Shown here: positions 9,134 to 18,198 of the stretch, piece after piece
Layout: each line of letters starts with the position of its first letter
How positions within the stretch are numbered: position 1 is the stretch's first letter
Assembly (NCBI GenBank): GCA_965261395.1
Contig: OZ253462.1
Coordinates: 2,144,001 to 2,208,000 of the forward strand
From: Candidatus Latescibacterota bacterium
Lineage (GTDB): Bacteria > Latescibacterota > UBA2968 > UBA8231
Direction: 5' to 3'
DNA length: 64,000 nucleotides
Position numbers and translations under genes: made by a program
Notes under the pieces: model-generated
What the model saw: only the letters and a program-made list of their open reading frames with translations
Told to the model about the DNA's origin: nothing
Database searches by the model: none

Positions 9134-10611
9134 GGCGCAACACCCAAGAGCCAGTGCGCCGCCTTGCGGGCGACCCCAGCCGTCAGCGAAGTCTGCATTC
9201 CCAGCCCGATGGTAAGGGCGATGAGCAGCCATACGGGAATCTGCATCGAGAGGGGGGCTTCGGCCACGGGTGCCGCATCTTCGGGCACTGGGCGGAAATA
9301 GGCGATCTCGACAAAGCGCCAGATATAGACCAGCGCCAGCAGCGAGCTGATCACCACTAGCGCGGCCACCGGCCACCAGCCGTGCTCCAGCGCACCCAAG
9401 ATCAAATACCACTTGCTGATAAAGCCCACGGTAAACGGTATGCCGACTAGCCCCAAGCCGGCGAGGACAAAGGCGCACGAAGTCAGCGGCAGGCGCTTGC
9501 CCAGCCCGCTGAGGTCAGCCAATTGCACGGAGTTGACACGGAGGAAGATGCAGCCAGCGGCCAGAAAGAGCGCCGCCTTCATCAGCGCGTGATTGAAGAG
9601 GTGGACGATGCCGGCAGTCAGTCCAGTGGCCGATCCCAAGCTAATGCCGAGCATCACATAGCCGATTTGCGCCACGCTCGAATAGGCCAAAAGCCGCTTG
9701 AGATCGGTTTGGTAGATGGCCACGGCCGAGGCGATGAAAATGCCCAAGAGCGCCAGCGGCAAGAGCAGGACATCGAGGTGCATGGTGCCAAAGGCGAAGT
9801 CCGCGCCAAAGATCGTGAAGACAAAGCGCAGGAAGGCGTACGCGGCGACCTTAGTTGCAGTCGCCGCGATAAAGGCAGTAACGACCGACGGGGCATAGGT
9901 GTAGGCGTTGGGCAACCATATATGCAGCGGGAAAAGCGCCATCTTGAGGGTGAAGCCAACGCTTATAAAGGCAAAGGCCACATGGATGGTGCGAGTGTGG
10001 TCAACGGCTTTGATTCGCGTGGCGAGATCGGCCATGTTAAGCGTGCCGGTCATCGCGTACATCAAGCCGATGCCGATCAGGATAAAGGTCGCGCCGATCG
10101 TGCCCAAGACTAGGTAGTTATACGTCGCCATAAGGGCGCGGCGATCCCGGCCGAGGCTAATCAGCCCATACGCCGAAAGCGACGAGATCTCCATAAAGAC
10201 GAAGACGTTAAAGACGTCGCCGGTAATGGCAATGCCCAGCAGGCCAGCGAGGCAAAGCAGGAAGATCGCGCAGAAGTACGGGCGGCGATCTGCTTCCACT
10301 TCCCGCGCCGCACTCGCCGGTGCGTAGGTCAGGACCACGGCACCAATTAGCGCCACCAGTAGAATCAAATACGCATTGAGGACATCTACCCGGAACTCGA
10401 TGCCCCAAGGTGCGCTCCAGCCGCCTAGGGCATAGGAGATGGGACCGGAGGAGAGGACTTGCTGCAATAGCAGCGCGGCCAGCGCCAGCGTGCCCCAGCC
10501 GACGGCCACGACAAACGGCCAGAGCAAGCGCTGCGGACGCAGCAATAGGCAGAGCGGCGCAGCGACCAGCGGTAAGACGATCTGCAGGGCGGGTAGATGG
10601 GCGGCGATCAC
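9130..10611 (-). CDS. mnhD: Mrp/Mnh antiporter subunit D
   Basis: DVFNVFVFMEI, LKMALFPLHIWLPNAY, KRLLAYSSVAQIGY. Confidence 0.92.
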   Translation of the reverse strand: MIAAHLPALQIVLPLVAAPLCLLLRPQRLLWPFVVAVGWGTLALAALLLQQVLSSGPISYALGGWSAPWGIEFRVDVLNAYLILLVALIGAVVLTYAPASAAREVEADRRPYFCAIFLLCLAGLLGIAITGDVFNVFVFMEISSLSAYGLISLGRDRRALMATYNYLVLGTIGATFILIGIGLMYAMTGTLNMADLATRIKAVDHTRTIHVAFAFISVGFTLKMALFPLHIWLPNAYTYAPSVVTAFIAATATKVAAYAFLRFVFTIFGADFAFGTMHLDVLLLPLALLGIFIASAVAIYQTDLKRLLAYSSVAQIGYVMLGISLGSATGLTAGIVHLFNHALMKAALFLAAGCIFLRVNSVQLADLSGLGKRLPLTSCAFVLAGLGLVGIPFTVGFISKWYLILGALEHGWWPVAALVVISSLLALVYIWRFVEIAYFRPVPEDAAPVAEAPLSMQIPVWLLIALTIGLGMQTSLTAGVARKAAHWLLGVAP

Positions 10612-10964
10612 GACCCCTCTTCCCGGCGTTGGATCTCGTCTTCTTCGATAGTTCCGTAGGCCTCGCGGATGCGCACCACCAGCGCCAACCCCACCGCAGT
10701 GGTGGCGATGCCGACGACAATGGCGGTGAGGATGAGGACGTGGGGCAATGGGTTGGAGTATGTCGTCACGCCTTCGGCGAGGATGGGCGCGGTCCCTCCC
10801 TCGACTTTGCCCATGCTAATGTAGAGCAAAAAGACCGAGGTCTGGAAGATATTGAGGCCAATCATTTTCCGAATCAGGTTGCCGCGGGCAATGACGTTGT
10901 AGAAGCCGGCCATCATCAGGAAAATGACGATCCAGTAGTTATACAGACCGAGGAACGAACTCAT
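10608..10964 (-). CDS. mnhC: Mrp/Mnh antiporter subunit C
   Basis: NPLPHVLILTAIVVG motif. Confidence 0.93.
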   Translation of the reverse strand: MSSFLGLYNYWIVIFLMMAGFYNVIARGNLIRKMIGLNIFQTSVFLLYISMGKVEGGTAPILAEGVTTYSNPLPHVLILTAIVVGIATTAVGLALVVRIREAYGTIEEDEIQRREEGS

Positions 10965-11932
10965 GGCCGCCCTCGGCTGGCGAAGTAGCAGAAGGTGTTA
11001 ATGACGACTGCGGCGACGGTGATGCCGACCCCAAGCTCAATCAGCAAAATGCCGTAGTGCTCACCGTGGGTAGGCTCGCTGGCCAGCACCTTGTATTCGA
11101 GGAAATTGCCCCCGGCCAAGAGACAGGCCAAGCCCGTGCCGATGTAGAGCAGGAGCCCCAAGGCGAAAAAGACTTGGACGCGGCCCGGTGGGGCCACTCG
11201 GCGCGCTTCCTCGACCCCGTAGATCAAGGCGTAGAGAATAAAGGCCGCGGCAAAGAGCACACCCGACTGGAACCCGCCACCGGGGCCGAAGTCGCCGTGG
11301 AACTGCACGTAGAGGGCAAAGAGCAGAATCAGCGGGATGAAGAGCTTGGAGACGACGCGGAGGATCATCGCGTGTCGCATGGATTCACCGTTTTCGTCCG
11401 GCGCGGGACGGCTGCCGTGCAAGAGCAAGATTACTGCTAGCCCGGCGGTGAAGATCACCGTCACCTCGCCCAAGGTGTCGTAGCCCCGGTAGCTGGCCAG
11501 CACGGAGGTGACCATGTTGGGGATGCCGATTTCCTCGGGGGACTCGACGATATAGCGAGGGGCCACGTGCTGGTGGACCGGAGCGTTGGGGTCGCCCAAA
11601 TGCGGCATATCCAGCGTACCATAGATGAGCGCACCGCCGGTCAGGAGGCAGACAGAGAGGCCACTCCAGGAGTGTTGATGTCGGGTCTTTTCGCTCGGCC
11701 CGGTCGAAGAAAGCGCGGCTAGGAAGAGCACCGTCGCCAGGCCCGCACCCACCGCCGCTTCGGTGAAAGCTACATCGACTGCATCGAGCGAGGTAAAGAT
11801 ACAAGCCGAAAGCAGGCTGAAGATGCCGGTGAGCACTACCGCAGCAAAAAGGTCCCGCACCTGGATAATGGCCACGGCGATAACGGCGAGGAACGTCATC
11901 AACACGACGTCGATGTCAATTAGCGCAGTCAC
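10961..11932 (-). CDS. mnhB: Mrp/Mnh subunit B with fused DUF4040-like N-terminal domain
   Basis: DVAFTEAAVGAG, NMVTSVLASYRGYDTLGE, GDFGPGGGFQSG. Confidence 0.9.
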   Translation of the reverse strand: MTALIDIDVVLMTFLAVIAVAIIQVRDLFAAVVLTGIFSLLSACIFTSLDAVDVAFTEAAVGAGLATVLFLAALSSTGPSEKTRHQHSWSGLSVCLLTGGALIYGTLDMPHLGDPNAPVHQHVAPRYIVESPEEIGIPNMVTSVLASYRGYDTLGEVTVIFTAGLAVILLLHGSRPAPDENGESMRHAMILRVVSKLFIPLILLFALYVQFHGDFGPGGGFQSGVLFAAAFILYALIYGVEEARRVAPPGRVQVFFALGLLLYIGTGLACLLAGGNFLEYKVLASEPTHGEHYGILLIELGVGITVAAVVINTFCYFASRGRP

Positions 11933-12243
11933 TGTTCCTCCCCAGTGCCTTGGGGCGCAAGCCCACTGTGCCGCGCCGCGCGGGCGATGGCGTGGGTGGC
12001 GACGGGGCCGGCCAGCAGCAAGAAGAGCGCGATCATCACCAGCTTGACGGTCGCCAGCGACAGACCGCTCTGGAACATAAGCCCCAAGAGGATCAAACCT
12101 GCGCCCAACGTATCGGTGACACCGCCGCCGTGCATGCGGCTGTAGAAGTCGGGCAACCGCAGGAGACCCACGCCGCCGACGAAGCAGAAGCCAGCCCCCA
12201 ACAGCAGACAGACCCAGCTAGCATAGTAGAGCAGTGCTTCCAT
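11929..12243 (-). CDS. mnhG: Mrp/Mnh subunit G
   Basis: GLLRLPDFYSRMH, PVATHAIARAA. Confidence 0.92.
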   Translation of the reverse strand: MEALLYYASWVCLLLGAGFCFVGGVGLLRLPDFYSRMHGGGVTDTLGAGLILLGLMFQSGLSLATVKLVMIALFLLLAGPVATHAIARAARHSGLAPQGTGEEQ

Positions 12244-12509
12244 CAGGCGTGGGCCTCCTCCTCGCCAACAGTCGAGACGTATTTGAGGATGGCGATGGTG
12301 CCGATGAAATTGATTAGCGCATAGACCAGCCCCAAGTCGAGAAAGTCGGGCCGGCCAGTCAAAAAGCCGATGACCGACAACAGCAGCACGGTCTTGGTGC
12401 CGAACATATTGACGGCGAGCACGCGGTCGTACACGGTGGGGCCTTTCAGGGCGCGGACTAAGGCCAACAGCATGGTGGCCAGCACCCCGATCATCGCCGC
12501 GGCGAACAC
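12243..12509 (-). CDS. mnhF: Mrp/Mnh subunit F
   Basis: GPTVYDRVLAVN, YALINFIGT. Confidence 0.92.
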   Translation of the reverse strand: MFAAAMIGVLATMLLALVRALKGPTVYDRVLAVNMFGTKTVLLLSVIGFLTGRPDFLDLGLVYALINFIGTIAILKYVSTVGEEEAHA

Positions 12510-12997
12510 TAGCTCTCCCCTTCCATGTCGGTTACGCGGCTGTCCATGGTCCCAGAGCGCACATCCTCAGCGGCTTCACGGGTCAAGGCGTGAACATCAA
12601 TGGTGCCTTCGTCGGTCTCAACGGCGACCGTGCCCGGCGTCAGGGTGATGGAGTTGGCGTAAATGACTTGCCCCAAGTGGGTCTTTTGGCTTGCCTCGAC
12701 TTGGATCACGCGCGGCGACATCGGCAGCCGAGGATGCACGATCCGCCGCGCGACATCGATATTGGCTTTGACTATCGCCCAGAGAAGCCAAGGCATATAG
12801 CGCAGTAGGCCGGGGATCAGGTGATTGGGGTGCCCTTCGGGATCGATGATCTTCATGCGGCGGCAGACGGCGACGACCACAAGGCACGAGAGAGCACCCA
12901 AGCCCAAGAGCAGACCCGTGTAAATGCCCGACAAAAGCAGCCAGGTCAAAAACAGCAGGACGAAAAGACTAAGCGTTCTGCGCAGCGTGTTTGGCAA
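12509..12997 (-). CDS. mnhE: Mrp/Mnh subunit E
   Basis: ANIDVA, ANSITLTPGT, VHAL. Confidence 0.92.
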   Translation of the reverse strand: MPNTLRRTLSLFVLLFLTWLLLSGIYTGLLLGLGALSCLVVVAVCRRMKIIDPEGHPNHLIPGLLRYMPWLLWAIVKANIDVARRIVHPRLPMSPRVIQVEASQKTHLGQVIYANSITLTPGTVAVETDEGTIDVHALTREAAEDVRSGTMDSRVTDMEGES

Positions 12998-13254
12998 AAT
13001 AAGCCCTCAATTCTCCTTGCAATGAGCGGACATAATTTCTGCAATTGCGGGCGGGGATGCAAGAAATGGCCGAGGCTTGGCAGCGTGCCCCGGCGACCAG
13101 CAGCGAGCAGGTTTCATAACTTATGGGTACCCTTGCCGGAACTTGTATTATTTTTTTGTTACATCAGTTGAAATTCTTCTTTGTAGATCCACCGCGCCGT
13201 CATGGGCACTACCGCTGTTTCTCCGTCGTAGGCAAAAAACCAAAGGAAAACACC

Positions 13255-13998
13255 ATGGACGCTCAACAGCAGTACCTCTTCGACTTGCAGGGCTACATCG
13301 CACTCAAGGGCGTCGTGCCCGCAGCAGTGGTCGCCGCCTGCAACCAGGTTCTGGACCGCTTCGAGACCATGGACGAGGCCGATTACCCACCGCCGCTGTG
13401 TTTGGGCGACCAGCGCACGCAACAGAACCTCTATATTTCAAACATTCTCGAAGGGGACGAAGTCCTCCGCCCGTTGATCGATATTCCCGCGGTCCTAGAT
13501 GTCGTCGCCACAGTCACCGGGGGGCCGTACCGACTCAACCACACCTATGCGATCTATCGCTGGGGCGGCGGCTACACTGGCCTGCACATGCACGGCACGC
13601 CCATCATTCCCAAGTGTCAGTACCACTGCCGCAACGGGCAGATGGTTTCGACCCTGACCAAGGCGGTCTTTCCCCTGCTCGACTGCGCCGAGGAAGACGG
13701 CTGTTTCGCCGTGATCCCCGGCGCTCACAAAAGCAACTTCCCTAGGCCCTGGGGCCCTCACCCAGACGAAAATCCGGCGCTACAAGCAGTGCCGGCCGCC
13801 GCCGGGGACGCCATCATCTTTACCGAGGCGTTGACTCACGGCTCGCTGGTCAATACTTCCGGTCGTCCTCGCCGGACCCTATATTATTGCTACAGCACAG
13901 GATATATGCCCGACTGGGGTGGACAGCACCTGCGCTTCAGCGACGAAATCTACGAGGCATTACCCGAGCAACAGCGCGAAATACTCAGGCTAAAATGA
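13255..13998 (+). CDS. PhyH-family Fe(II)/2OG dioxygenase
   Basis: YLFDLQGY, IPGAHK, AGDAIIFTEALTHG; AAGGA before ATG 13255. Confidence 0.88.
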   Translation: MDAQQQYLFDLQGYIALKGVVPAAVVAACNQVLDRFETMDEADYPPPLCLGDQRTQQNLYISNILEGDEVLRPLIDIPAVLDVVATVTGGPYRLNHTYAIYRWGGGYTGLHMHGTPIIPKCQYHCRNGQMVSTLTKAVFPLLDCAEEDGCFAVIPGAHKSNFPRPWGPHPDENPALQAVPAAAGDAIIFTEALTHGSLVNTSGRPRRTLYYCYSTGYMPDWGGQHLRFSDEIYEALPEQQREILRLK

Positions 13999-14011
13999 CG
14001 GAGAAAAGGCC

Positions 14012-14887
14012 ATGTTGACACAAGAACAGATCGCCAGCTACCACGAGAAGGGCTACCTCGGCGTCGAGGGGGTCTTGGCTCCCGGAGAAGTAGAGGCGCT
14101 GCGGCAGGTCACCGACGAGTTCGTCGAGCAGTCGCGGACCGCAACCGAAGGCGACACCGTATTCGACTTGGAGCCGGGGCACGCGCCCGATAATCCCAAG
14201 CTGCGGCGGCTCAAAAGCCCGGTCGCCCAGCACGAAATCTACCGCAGCACCCTGCACCACGAGCGGATTCTGGATATCATCGCCCAGTTGATCGGTCCGA
14301 GGATCCGCACCAACGGAGACAAGCTCAACATGAAATCCGGTGGCTTTGGCAGCCCGGTGGAGTGGCATCAGGACTGGGCTTTTTATCCGCACACCAACGA
14401 CGACCTGCTAGCCGTGGGAGTGTGCATCGACGATATGAACGAGACAAACGGCTGCTTGCTGGTCATCCCTAAGTCGCACAAGGAACCGATCTACAACCAC
14501 CACCTCGACGGCCACTTCGCCGGTGCGGTGACCACGATGGATTTCGACGACTCCGCCGCCGAAAAGGTCGAGCTAAAAGCCGGCGGCATCTCCATCCACC
14601 ACGTCCGCGCCCTGCACGCCTCCCTGCCCAACCTCTCGCCGCATCCGCGCCGGCTCCTGCTTTTGCAGTATTGCGCTGGCGACTCCTGGCCCTTGGTGCC
14701 AGCGCCCGATTGGGAGGGCTATTGCCGGACCTTCGTGCGCGGCGAGCCGAGCCGGCACATCCGCGTCGCCGACGTGCCCGTGAGCATGCCGATGCCCGGT
14801 GCCAAGGTCGGCGGCTCCATCTACGCTACCCAAACCATATTGCGCCACTCGACCTTCGGATCGGTGAAAGCCGCACAGCCCGCCTAA
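14012..14887 (+). CDS. PhyH-family dioxygenase (canonical WHQD)
   Basis: YHEKGY, WHQD, NGCLLVIPKSH, LHAS.PN.S..PRR. Confidence 0.92.
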   Translation: MLTQEQIASYHEKGYLGVEGVLAPGEVEALRQVTDEFVEQSRTATEGDTVFDLEPGHAPDNPKLRRLKSPVAQHEIYRSTLHHERILDIIAQLIGPRIRTNGDKLNMKSGGFGSPVEWHQDWAFYPHTNDDLLAVGVCIDDMNETNGCLLVIPKSHKEPIYNHHLDGHFAGAVTTMDFDDSAAEKVELKAGGISIHHVRALHASLPNLSPHPRRLLLLQYCAGDSWPLVPAPDWEGYCRTFVRGEPSRHIRVADVPVSMPMPGAKVGGSIYATQTILRHSTFGSVKAAQPA

Positions 14888-14911
14888 CACGGCGCACTGT
14901 GCGCTGTGTCC

Positions 14912-15835
14912 ATGAACCTGCAACACCTGCGCTACTTTCTCGCCGTGGCGCGCACGGGCGGCTTTACCCCAGCGGCGCGCCAGATGAACGTGACCCAGCC
15001 GACGGTTTCCAGCGCGGTTTTGGAGCTGGAGAAGAGCATGGGGGTCCAGCTCTTCAACCGCGACAATCGGCACGTGGCCCTGACGACGGAGGGCCGCCTG
15101 CTGCTGAGTTATGCCATCCAAGTCGCGGACCTGCTGGAGGAGGCGAGCGAGCGGCTGCAGCGCAGCGACCTAGAGCCGGGAGGGGGCTTTCAGTTTGGGG
15201 CGGTGGACGCGGCCGTCATCTACCTCCTGCCGGAGATTCTCAAAGAGTACATGCGCCGCTATCCGGGCGTCGCGCTCAAGACCCAAGTGGCCCCCTCGCG
15301 TGCCCTAGTCGAGGACCTCTTGCTGAACCGCTCCGAGTTCGCGCTGATCCACCTGCCTTATCCCCATCCCAGAGTCGCAGCCGTGCCGATTTACCGCGAC
15401 GAAATGCCCTTAGTTGTCGGCGCGGGGCATCCCTTCGCCCAGTGCGGCGAAGTCGATCTCGCCGAGGTAATAAAAGAACCGCTGATCCTCTTTCACGCCG
15501 ACTCGGTCTCGCGCAAGGTCGTCGATGAGAAGCTAACCGAATCAGGACTGGAACTAGGCACAGTGATGGAGTTGAGCAGCCCGGAGGCTATGCGCAAGTT
15601 GGTGGAGGCCGGGGTGGGCATTTCGTTTTTGCCGCGGCTGACCATCCGCGCGTCGCTGGCCAGCGGCGCGCTCAAAACAGTGGACGTGCGCGGCGTGGCC
15701 TTTGAGCGCGAAATCGGCGTGGCCTGGCGTCGGGGCCGCTACTTTGGCCAAGCCGTGCGGCTCTTGCTCGAAGCCGTGTTTGCCGCCTATGGCGGGGGGG
15801 ACGAGTGGCTGCAAAAGATCGCGCCGAAAAGCTGA
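14912..15835 (+). CDS. LysR-family transcriptional regulator
   Basis: LRYFLAVA..GGFT.AA..MNVTQPTVS HTH plus substrate-binding domain. Confidence 0.95.
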   Translation: MNLQHLRYFLAVARTGGFTPAARQMNVTQPTVSSAVLELEKSMGVQLFNRDNRHVALTTEGRLLLSYAIQVADLLEEASERLQRSDLEPGGGFQFGAVDAAVIYLLPEILKEYMRRYPGVALKTQVAPSRALVEDLLLNRSEFALIHLPYPHPRVAAVPIYRDEMPLVVGAGHPFAQCGEVDLAEVIKEPLILFHADSVSRKVVDEKLTESGLELGTVMELSSPEAMRKLVEAGVGISFLPRLTIRASLASGALKTVDVRGVAFEREIGVAWRRGRYFGQAVRLLLEAVFAAYGGGDEWLQKIAPKS

Positions 15836-15931
15836 TACAAGGTCCTTGCCCTCCGCGATATTGCCACGATTCGCGCCAGCGGCGTTCTTATTTTTAACCC
15901 ATTTTTAACCTAAAACTGAGAGCAAGCATCT

Positions 15932-17293
15932 ATGATCGACGCAAAGGCCGTGCGCACCAATCCCGACGCCATGCGCGAGGCGATACGGGTGCGGAAGGTT
16001 GACCCGGCCAAAGCCAATGTGGATCGCTGGTTGGCCCTCGACGCGGCGCGGCAAAAGCTGCAACGAGACATCGACGCGCTCAACAGCGAAAAAAAGCAAC
16101 TAGCGCGGCTCGGCCGCACTGACCCGGATGCAGCGCGGCAAAAGGGGCGGGAATTGCGCGAGCGCGGGCGGGTGCTGGAGCACGAGTTGGGAACCGTCGT
16201 CGCCGAGTGGCAGGGAATCATGGATTGGTTCCCCAACTGGCCGCATCCCGACATGCCCGCCGGAGCGGGTGAGGAAGACAACGTCGAGGAGAATGCCTGG
16301 ATTCCTGGGCAGGGCTACTTAGCCGCCGACAAGCTAGGCCGTGGGAACACCAGCGCCCAGTACATGCCCACGCGGCCCCTGCACACCCAAGACGACTCCT
16401 TTGAGCCGCTGCACCACGCAGAACTCGGCGTCAAATTAGGTGGCATCGACACCTTGCAGGGCGGCCAAGTCTCCGGCTCGCGCTTTGCCTATTTGCGCGG
16501 CGATGTCGCGCGGATGCAATACGCCCTCAGCCAACTCCTCATCGACGAGCTTTTAGCGCGCGGGTACGAGATGTTCGTGCCGCCGCTCCTAGTGCGGGAG
16601 CGTTCGCTGTACGGCACCTCGCACTTTCCCGAAGGGCGCGACCAAGTCTATGCCATCAAGACCGATAATGTAGAAGAAGGGGCTGAGCTTTTCCTCGTCG
16701 GGTCGTCCGAGCCGGCCAATTTCAGCTACTTCATGGAGCAGACCTTGGACGCAGCCGAGCTGCCCGTCAAGCTCTTCGCCTATACAGCCTGTTTTCGCTC
16801 GGAAGCCGGGTCTTGGGGCCAAGACGTGAAGGGCATCAAGCGCATGCATCAATTCGACAAAATCGAAATGAACGCCGTGTGCCTGCCCGATCAGTCCGCG
16901 GCCCTGTACGAGGAATTCGGCCAGATCAACGAATGGCTCCTACAAACGCTGGCCTTGCCCTACCGGGTCGTCGATAAGTGCCACGGCGACGCGGGCTATC
17001 TGGCCAGCCATCGGCAGCGGGACATGGAAGTGTGGATGTCCGGGGCGGGCGAGTTCATGGAGGTAATGACCGACACCAATGCCACCGACTATCAGGCCCG
17101 GCGCTTGAACATCCGCTACAAGGGCGCGAGTGGGCGGGGTTTTTGCCACTTAGTCAACGACACGGGGTGCGCGATGGGCCGACTGCTGATCGCCATTTTG
17201 GACAACTATCAGCAACCCGACGGCTCAGTGCAGGTCCCCGAAGCCTTGCAACGGGTCATAAAGAAAAGCGTCCTGCGACCGAAAGGCGCGTGA
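15932..17293 (+). CDS. serS: Seryl-tRNA synthetase (divergent type)
   Basis: N-terminal coiled coil, CFRSEAGS..HQFDKIE, DYQARRLNIRY, NYQQPDGSVQVPEAL. Confidence 0.93.
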   Translation: MIDAKAVRTNPDAMREAIRVRKVDPAKANVDRWLALDAARQKLQRDIDALNSEKKQLARLGRTDPDAARQKGRELRERGRVLEHELGTVVAEWQGIMDWFPNWPHPDMPAGAGEEDNVEENAWIPGQGYLAADKLGRGNTSAQYMPTRPLHTQDDSFEPLHHAELGVKLGGIDTLQGGQVSGSRFAYLRGDVARMQYALSQLLIDELLARGYEMFVPPLLVRERSLYGTSHFPEGRDQVYAIKTDNVEEGAELFLVGSSEPANFSYFMEQTLDAAELPVKLFAYTACFRSEAGSWGQDVKGIKRMHQFDKIEMNAVCLPDQSAALYEEFGQINEWLLQTLALPYRVVDKCHGDAGYLASHRQRDMEVWMSGAGEFMEVMTDTNATDYQARRLNIRYKGASGRGFCHLVNDTGCAMGRLLIAILDNYQQPDGSVQVPEALQRVIKKSVLRPKGA

Positions 17294-18177
17294 TGGGCGA
17301 GCGACTCGATGGTCGGGTGATTGCGGCCCAAGTGCAAGAAGAACTGCGGACGGACATCGCGCGCCTGCAGCAGGAGCACGGTCTGGTGCCGGGCTTGGCG
17401 GTCGTGCTGGTGGGAGACAACCCGGCCTCGCTGTCCTACGTGCGCGCCAAGGGCCGAGCCTGCGAAACTCTCGGCATTCACTCCGTGCAAGTAGATCTGC
17501 CGGCCAACGCCACCACCGAGGACGTGCTAGCCACCGTCGAGCGGCTCAATGCCGACGACGCGATCCACGGCATCTTGGTGCAGCTACCGCTGCCGGGCCA
17601 AGACGAGCAGCAAGTCCTCAACGCCATTGACCCAGACAAGGATGTCGATGGCTTGCACCCGGTCAATTTGGGTCGCCTCGTGCGGCAGGAGGAGTGCTTT
17701 TGGCCCTGTACGCCGCACGGGGTCTTGCAGATCCTCAGCCGTAGCGGGGTCGAGGTGGCTGGCCAGCACGTGGTCGTGGTCGGCCGGAGCACCCTCGTGG
17801 GACGGCCCGTGGCCATCTTGCTGGGGCACAAGGCGGCCGGGGCCAATGCCACAGTGACCCTGTGCCACACCGGTACCCGCGACCTCGGGCACCTTACGCG
17901 CCAAGCGGACATTTTAGTGGTGGCGGCCGGGTTTCCCCGTGGGATCACGGCAGATATGGTCAAAGAGGGTGCGGTGGTAATCGACGTAGGCATCAACCAA
18001 GTGGACGACCCTTCGCGCGAACGCGGCTGGCGACTCGTCGGCGACGTGGACTACCAACAGGTGCGCCCGAAGGCCCGTGCGATCACGCCCGTGCCCAACG
18101 GGGTCGGGCCGATGACGATCGCACTGTTGCTCTATAACACCGTGTGGGCGGCCAAGCGGCAGGTGGGGCTGGAGTAG
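17293..18177 (+). CDS. folD: Bifunctional methylene-THF dehydrogenase/cyclohydrolase
   Basis: PGLAVVLVGD, GILVQLPLP, KDVDG, PCTP, DVGIN, TPVP.GVGPMT; ATG overlaps the serS stop. Confidence 0.97.
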   Translation: MGERLDGRVIAAQVQEELRTDIARLQQEHGLVPGLAVVLVGDNPASLSYVRAKGRACETLGIHSVQVDLPANATTEDVLATVERLNADDAIHGILVQLPLPGQDEQQVLNAIDPDKDVDGLHPVNLGRLVRQEECFWPCTPHGVLQILSRSGVEVAGQHVVVVGRSTLVGRPVAILLGHKAAGANATVTLCHTGTRDLGHLTRQADILVVAAGFPRGITADMVKEGAVVIDVGINQVDDPSRERGWRLVGDVDYQQVRPKARAITPVPNGVGPMTIALLLYNTVWAAKRQVGLE

Positions 18178-18198
18178 AGTTGTAAAGGGGAACTTGAT

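Noticed and set aside
7679-9478. 599-aa ORF as listed in the track
   Set aside because: The N-terminal part overlaps the upstream mnhD; the real start is the coupled ATG at 9133. Similar over-extensions were trimmed for folD, the MTase and others.
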